A stretch of DNA of 64,000 bases, from assembly GCF_027489515.1 (NCBI RefSeq), contig NZ_JAIXZS010000083.1, forward strand, positions 123,686-187,685, in the 5' to 3' direction. Each line of letters begins with the position of its first letter. Positions within the stretch are counted from its first letter, which is position 1. Of the stretch, positions 59,956 through 64,000 are shown in pieces. Origin of the DNA: Novosphingobium sp. (lineage in GTDB: Bacteria; Pseudomonadota; Alphaproteobacteria; Sphingomonadales; Sphingomonadaceae). The position numbers were made by a program, and so were the translations under genes. The notes below the pieces were generated by a model, which made no database searches, was not told the DNA's origin, and worked only from the letters and a program-made list of their open reading frames with translations.

Positions 59956-60931
59956 GCGCGGCGGGATCTTGCCCCGACCGGCCCGGGGCGTGCCCGCTCC
60001 AGCCTGGTAAGCCCGCGCAGGCCTGATAGTCCTGAACCAGTTCACCGAGGATCGAGAGCGCGAGCGTCGCGGGATCGCGCGTCGCCGGGATGAGGCCGAT
60101 CCCGCCGCGCAGTGCATCGAGGCTGGCCTGCGGAACGCCGATGGTGCGCAGACCCGCAAGCCGCGCCCGGTGCGTGCGCGCGCTGCCGACCGCGCCGTGG
60201 TAGAACCCGTCCTGCGCCAGGGCGAGGGGCAGGAGGTGTTCCTCCCAATCGTGATCGTGGAAGAGGAACACGAAGGCCGTCCAGGGATCGCCGAGCAGCA
60301 GCGGCAGCGCGGTGCGGCTCGCCAGCAGCGTGATGCCGGGCTCAGCCGCGGCGTGGCGATCGGTTGCAGGTGCGTAGGCCTCCACCGCAAGGCCGAAAGC
60401 GCGCGCAAGGCGAACGAGGGCAATGAGGTCTTCGCCGTGCCCGAGCGCGACAAGCCGCAGCGGCGGCGCATAGGCGCGCTGGAAGCCCTGTGCGCCCGGG
60501 GCGTCGGCCAAGGTGACTCCATCCTCGCCAAGCCGGAGTGTGGCTGCCTTGCGGCCGACAAGCCGAGCAAGAACCTGCGCGATCACGGCGGGATCGGGAC
60601 GCGGCGTAAACAGCAGGTCGATCCCGCCGCCGCAGGGCAGGCGGATATCCAGATAGGGCGAGCCGATGCCGTATCGCACCGTACGGCCTTGGCCCCGCGC
60701 CAGCACGTCTTGCGCTTCTGCGATCACGGCAGCTTCGACACAACCGCCGGAAAAGGACCCGGCGCTGCGGCCATCAGCAAGCACGGCCATCTGCGCGCCG
60801 ATCCCGCGCGAGGAGCCCCCTTCGATCCCGGTCAGCGTGACGAGCACGCCTTCGACACCGGTTGCAGCGCCTTCGAGCAGCAGGCCGAGAATGCTGCGAT
60901 CATCGTGCGCGGCCCCGCTCTGAGCCGTCAT
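59936..60931 (-). CDS. xdhC: XdhC/CoxI family Moco-insertion chaperone
   Basis: GSSRGIGAQMAV, GSFSGGCVE, LPCGG, LFHDHDWE, GAVGS, GLIPATRDPATLALSILGE. ATG 60931. Confidence 0.85.
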   Translation of the reverse strand: MTAQSGAAHDDRSILGLLLEGAATGVEGVLVTLTGIEGGSSRGIGAQMAVLADGRSAGSFSGGCVEAAVIAEAQDVLARGQGRTVRYGIGSPYLDIRLPCGGGIDLLFTPRPDPAVIAQVLARLVGRKAATLRLGEDGVTLADAPGAQGFQRAYAPPLRLVALGHGEDLIALVRLARAFGLAVEAYAPATDRHAAAEPGITLLASRTALPLLLGDPWTAFVFLFHDHDWEEHLLPLALAQDGFYHGAVGSARTHRARLAGLRTIGVPQASLDALRGGIGLIPATRDPATLALSILGELVQDYQACAGLPGWSGHAPGRSGQDPAAHVPTRN

Positions 60932-61467
60932 TGCTTGGAGCCCGGATACTGGAGACGCAGCGAAGCCGGGGCGCGGCACTTGCGGATCGATTCATTCGCC
61001 AGCCGCAGCCGTTCTGCCTTGAGCGAGACACTGGTGAGGGCGAACTGGCGCTCGTGCGCGACTTCCTCGCCGGTGAACGGCTTGGTGCCGGCGGGCACGC
61101 TCTTGCCGCCGAGCACGAAGACCACGTAGTTCATGAGGTCCGCGAGCTGCGCATTGTCGGTGATACGGCTGTGCGCGACATTGGGCAGGCGCAGCAGATA
61201 GGCGCGGCTTTCCGGCGTGCACATGAACCAGCCGACGCGGTCCTTGATCTCTGGCAGGTGTGCGGGGACGGTCGTGCCGCGCAGGCCATGGCAACCGGCG
61301 CAGTTCTCGATAAAGTCGCTCTGCGCAAGTTCAGGGTCTGCCATCATGGCGCGCACATCCGCCGTGATCTCGGGCGAATGGTTGTCCGGCTCAGCCGCGC
61401 GGAGCGAGCCGAGCGACACGGCGCCAAGCAGGGCGGCAGCGGCGATGAGGCCCATGCGCTTGTTCAT
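60928..61467 (-). CDS. Periplasmic mono-heme cytochrome c
   Basis: Signal peptide and a single CAGCH heme motif. Directly downstream of mauA. Confidence 0.8.
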   Translation of the reverse strand: MNKRMGLIAAAALLGAVSLGSLRAAEPDNHSPEITADVRAMMADPELAQSDFIENCAGCHGLRGTTVPAHLPEIKDRVGWFMCTPESRAYLLRLPNVAHSRITDNAQLADLMNYVVFVLGGKSVPAGTKPFTGEEVAHERQFALTSVSLKAERLRLANESIRKCRAPASLRLQYPGSKQ

Positions 61468-61524
61468 ACGCCTATCCTTAGACCCGTTCGCCGCCTGCCG
61501 GAACCCCCGTTCGACCCAGCAGCG

Positions 61525-62067
61525 TCAGGCCGTGCCGACGAGGACCGCGGTCGAGCAGTGGTATTCCATGCTCGTCGTGCCGAAGCACCAGATCACGTCG
61601 TTGTTGAGCTGCGGCACGTAGAGCTGCGTTTCGCGGTCCGTGCCGTCGCAATCGCACTTGTTGCAGTAGGCCTTGCCGCAGCAATCGCGGTAGGCGATCA
61701 GGTAGGCACGGCCGTCATCGGGATTGATGCAGGTGCCCACCCACGAGACGGGCGAGTGTTCCGCGCCCGGCGGACAGCGGTTGACCGCGCCGCCGCAGCA
61801 CGAGCAGAGCGAGCCGTCGATGGCGCAGTAGCGCCAGTAATCGCACTTGGTGTCGTCCTTGCTCTGAGCATTGCGGGCGAAGGTCGTCTTTGCCTCGGGT
61901 GAGCGATCGGGCTTGGCGGCGCTGGCGCGGCTGACCGGCAGGACCGGGAAGACCGGCGCGGCAACCAGCGCGAGGCCGAGCCGGGCGAGAATGCCGCGGC
62001 GCGAGGTACCGCCGGCAAAGCGGCGGAGCAACTTTTCGCCCATGGCGTCGGGATTGAAGGTCTTCAT
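61525..62067 (-). CDS. mauA: TTQ amine dehydrogenase small (light) subunit
   Basis: Tat signal SRRGIL. CDYWRYCAIDG, SWVGTC (TTQ Trp), YRDCCG, NDVIWCFG (cross-link Trp), YHC. Confidence 0.92.
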   Translation of the reverse strand: MKTFNPDAMGEKLLRRFAGGTSRRGILARLGLALVAAPVFPVLPVSRASAAKPDRSPEAKTTFARNAQSKDDTKCDYWRYCAIDGSLCSCCGGAVNRCPPGAEHSPVSWVGTCINPDDGRAYLIAYRDCCGKAYCNKCDCDGTDRETQLYVPQLNNDVIWCFGTTSMEYHCSTAVLVGTA

Positions 62068-62122
62068 GAGCTTGTCCCCTGTAGTGCGCTGGAACCGTAT
62101 GCGTTGGATGGGATAAGGGCGA

Positions 62123-62725
62123 TCAATTGGCGACGGCCTTGAGCTTGCCGATATAGTCTTGGACCGAACGGATGCCCATTTCGTGGGCGATGATCAGGCT
62201 TTCGAGATGCTCGCGGCTGTTGACGAGGCCCTTGGAGAGGATCGTGCCGTGCTCGTCCATCAGAACGGCATAGGGTAGCTTTGCGACTTCGTAGGCCTGC
62301 CCGACTTCCGGACCGTTGATGAACTGATACCCGCCAAGGCTGTGTTCGGCGATCATCTGGCGCTGCGCGGCCACATCGTCATCGCCGATGAAGACGAGCT
62401 GCACACGTTCATCGCGGGCGAAGGACTTGGCCATCGGGATGAGGTTCTTGCATAGCGGGCATGAGGGCGAGACGAACATCAGCAGCCGCAGCGGCACGCC
62501 GTGAACGTGGCCGCCCACCGTGGTCGCGGTGCCTTCGATCGTCGTGGCGGGGATCGCGGTGGCCGCGCTGCCGACCGCAGGGCCAGCCGAAGTCGTCAAG
62601 GCGCCGGCGGGGGCCACGCGCATGTGCAGCACGCCAACCTGACGGGCGAGCGCAAGTAGCGCGACCACCAGCAGCAGGATGACGATCCACGACACGATCG
62701 TCGAGACGAGCAGAGCTTGCAGCAT
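62123..62725 (-). CDS. mauD: Amine dehydrogenase accessory thioredoxin-like protein
   Basis: ATG 62725. LARQVGVLHMRVAPAGAL, SPSCPLCK, KGLVNSREHLESL. Confidence 0.9.
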   Translation of the reverse strand: MLQALLVSTIVSWIVILLLVVALLALARQVGVLHMRVAPAGALTTSAGPAVGSAATAIPATTIEGTATTVGGHVHGVPLRLLMFVSPSCPLCKNLIPMAKSFARDERVQLVFIGDDDVAAQRQMIAEHSLGGYQFINGPEVGQAYEVAKLPYAVLMDEHGTILSKGLVNSREHLESLIIAHEMGIRSVQDYIGKLKAVAN

Positions 62726-62729
62726 TCGG

Positions 62730-63302
62730 TTACCTCCGCTGGGCCGCGAGCGGCGAAGCCGCCAGCGCCCCGATGGCGTTGAAAAGCAGGTAGAGCAGGT
62801 AGACAGCGATGCCGCCGGCATAGGCAACAGCGCGGTCCATCGGGGCAAGCCCGGTTTCCGGCACGAAGACGAGGCAGAGCGCAAGGAGGGCGGCGAGCGC
62901 AAGATTACGCCCGACAAGCAGCCAGCTGAGCGGTTGACGCAAGTCCGAACGGCCGCACCCGCAATCAATCTCCCGGCGCCCGCGGACGATGTTGATACCC
63001 ATCGCAGCGGCGAAGATGACCAGCAAACCGATGGCGACAGGCGCGAAGAGCCAGGTGCCGATCATCAGGCCGATGCCTACCACCAACTCCAGCCACGGCA
63101 GCACCGCAGCGACCGGAGCGACCAACGCGGTGGGCAGCAAGCGATAATTGGCGATGACGCCGCCCAGAAGATCGGTGTGGCGCAGCTTGGCCTGGCCAGC
63201 GCCTAGAAACACGAGCCCGACGCCCACCGCCCCGGCATAGCCGAGCACGCTGAGCCCCGTCCCGCCGAGCACCGCCAGGGTCAAGGCGCCCCCGTCTGCC
63301 AT
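62730..63302 (-). CDS. mauE: MauE/DoxX membrane protein
   Basis: NYRLLP, LPWLELVVG, IDCGCG, LVGRN. Located between mauB and mauD. Confidence 0.85.
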   Translation of the reverse strand: MADGGALTLAVLGGTGLSVLGYAGAVGVGLVFLGAGQAKLRHTDLLGGVIANYRLLPTALVAPVAAVLPWLELVVGIGLMIGTWLFAPVAIGLLVIFAAAMGINIVRGRREIDCGCGRSDLRQPLSWLLVGRNLALAALLALCLVFVPETGLAPMDRAVAYAGGIAVYLLYLLFNAIGALAASPLAAQRR

Positions 63303-64000
63303 CAGGGCTCCAGCGTCCGCAGCACGCCGCCCGCCGACTTCTCGAGCTTGAACTTCTCTTCGCCCGTCTTGGCATCGAGGATCAGCAGCGTCCCGCTTTC
63401 GCCCGCGAGCACCAGCTTGGCGTTCGGTTCCTGGGTCACCGCGATTTCTTCAGCCGGATCTTCCAGCGGGATGCGTTTCACGACCTTCTTGGCCGCGACG
63501 TCGAGTTCCCACACTTCGGTGCCGGGCGCCTTGTGCGTCCAGTATTCGCCGGTGTGCATCAGCACGAAAGCGTGACCGGTGCCGAGGTGATAGGCAAGGC
63601 CCTGGCGCGCGCCGGGATACCAGTGCACGTCGAGCGGCTTGGTATCGGCGGGCGAAACTCCGGCCGCGGCCTGGATCGAGAAGGGCTCCGAAATGGTCGG
63701 CGTCGCGCCGAGCTTGGCGGTGTAGACCTGGCCGGTATAGGTCAGGAACACGGCCTCCTGCTTCGCGCCGTCATAGCCGAAATTGTCGAAGATCGGATCG
63801 TTGGTGGCCGAAAAGAACGGCGCGGAGCGGGTGATTTCCGGCTTGGTGGCGGCGACCTTGACGGTGGCGAGCGAGCCATCGGAGCACAGTGCCGAGAAAC
63901 CGACGCCGGTGACCGGCATCAGGCTGGCGCAACCGGGCAGCTCGATCTTCTTGAGGAACTTGCCCTTCACCATATCGATCACGTTGACCGACGAGGCCGG
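63302..64000 (-). CDS. mauB: TTQ amine dehydrogenase large (heavy) subunit, 5' part outside the window
   Basis: LPGCASLMP, FSALCSDG, MHTGEYWTHKAPGTEVW beta-propeller motifs. The frame continues to the window edge. Confidence 0.85.
   Translation of the reverse strand, partial: PASSVNVIDMVKGKFLKKIELPGCASLMPVTGVGFSALCSDGSLATVKVAATKPEITRSAPFFSATNDPIFDNFGYDGAKQEAVFLTYTGQVYTAKLGATPTISEPFSIQAAAGVSPADTKPLDVHWYPGARQGLAYHLGTGHAFVLMHTGEYWTHKAPGTEVWELDVAAKKVVKRIPLEDPAEEIAVTQEPNAKLVLAGESGTLLILDAKTGEEKFKLEKSAGGVLRTLEP

Overview
GC-rich alphaproteobacterial DNA. The gene content (three TonB-dependent receptors, SapC/halogenase locus) suggests a sphingomonad such as Novosphingobium, but that is inference. 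The window is a dense metabolic-accessory region with no rRNA, tRNA, CRISPR or transposase that I could recognise. Blocks, left to right: (1) 1-6983, minus strand: guanidine/urea carboxylase operon (ABC importer, NikR-fold regulator, two DUF1989 CgdAB-type proteins, carboxylase running off the edge). (2) 7.7-12.7 kb, divergent: TonB receptor, membrane di-iron hydroxylase and TPR-sulfotransferase. The intergenic region between blocks 1 and 2 holds two copies of a palindrome with NikR-like geometry. (3) 12.7-26.3 kb, minus: beta-glucan utilisation locus (TBDR, two tryptophan-halogenase-family proteins, SapC, JmjC-type cupin, GH16, LacI, MFS, GH3) with three LacI-type operators. (4) 26.6-33.4 kb, minus: coupled operon mct-thiolase-mcd-meh-bciA-hydrolase. 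(5) Lrp regulator divergent from an orphan AceE-like E1. (6) 36.8-54.9 kb, plus: TBDR-led choline to betaine to dimethylglycine to sarcosine to glycine pathway plus serine dehydratase, with a tRNA-editing ProX gene inside. (7) Amidohydrolase, DUF6454-like protein, glpK. (8) 59.4-64 kb, minus: TTQ amine dehydrogenase mauBEDA, cytochrome c, xdhC, mocA. Several palindromic intergenic repeats are also present. All product calls come from motif recognition and recalled family similarity, not from database searches. Many start codons were re-picked by eye from the ORF track.
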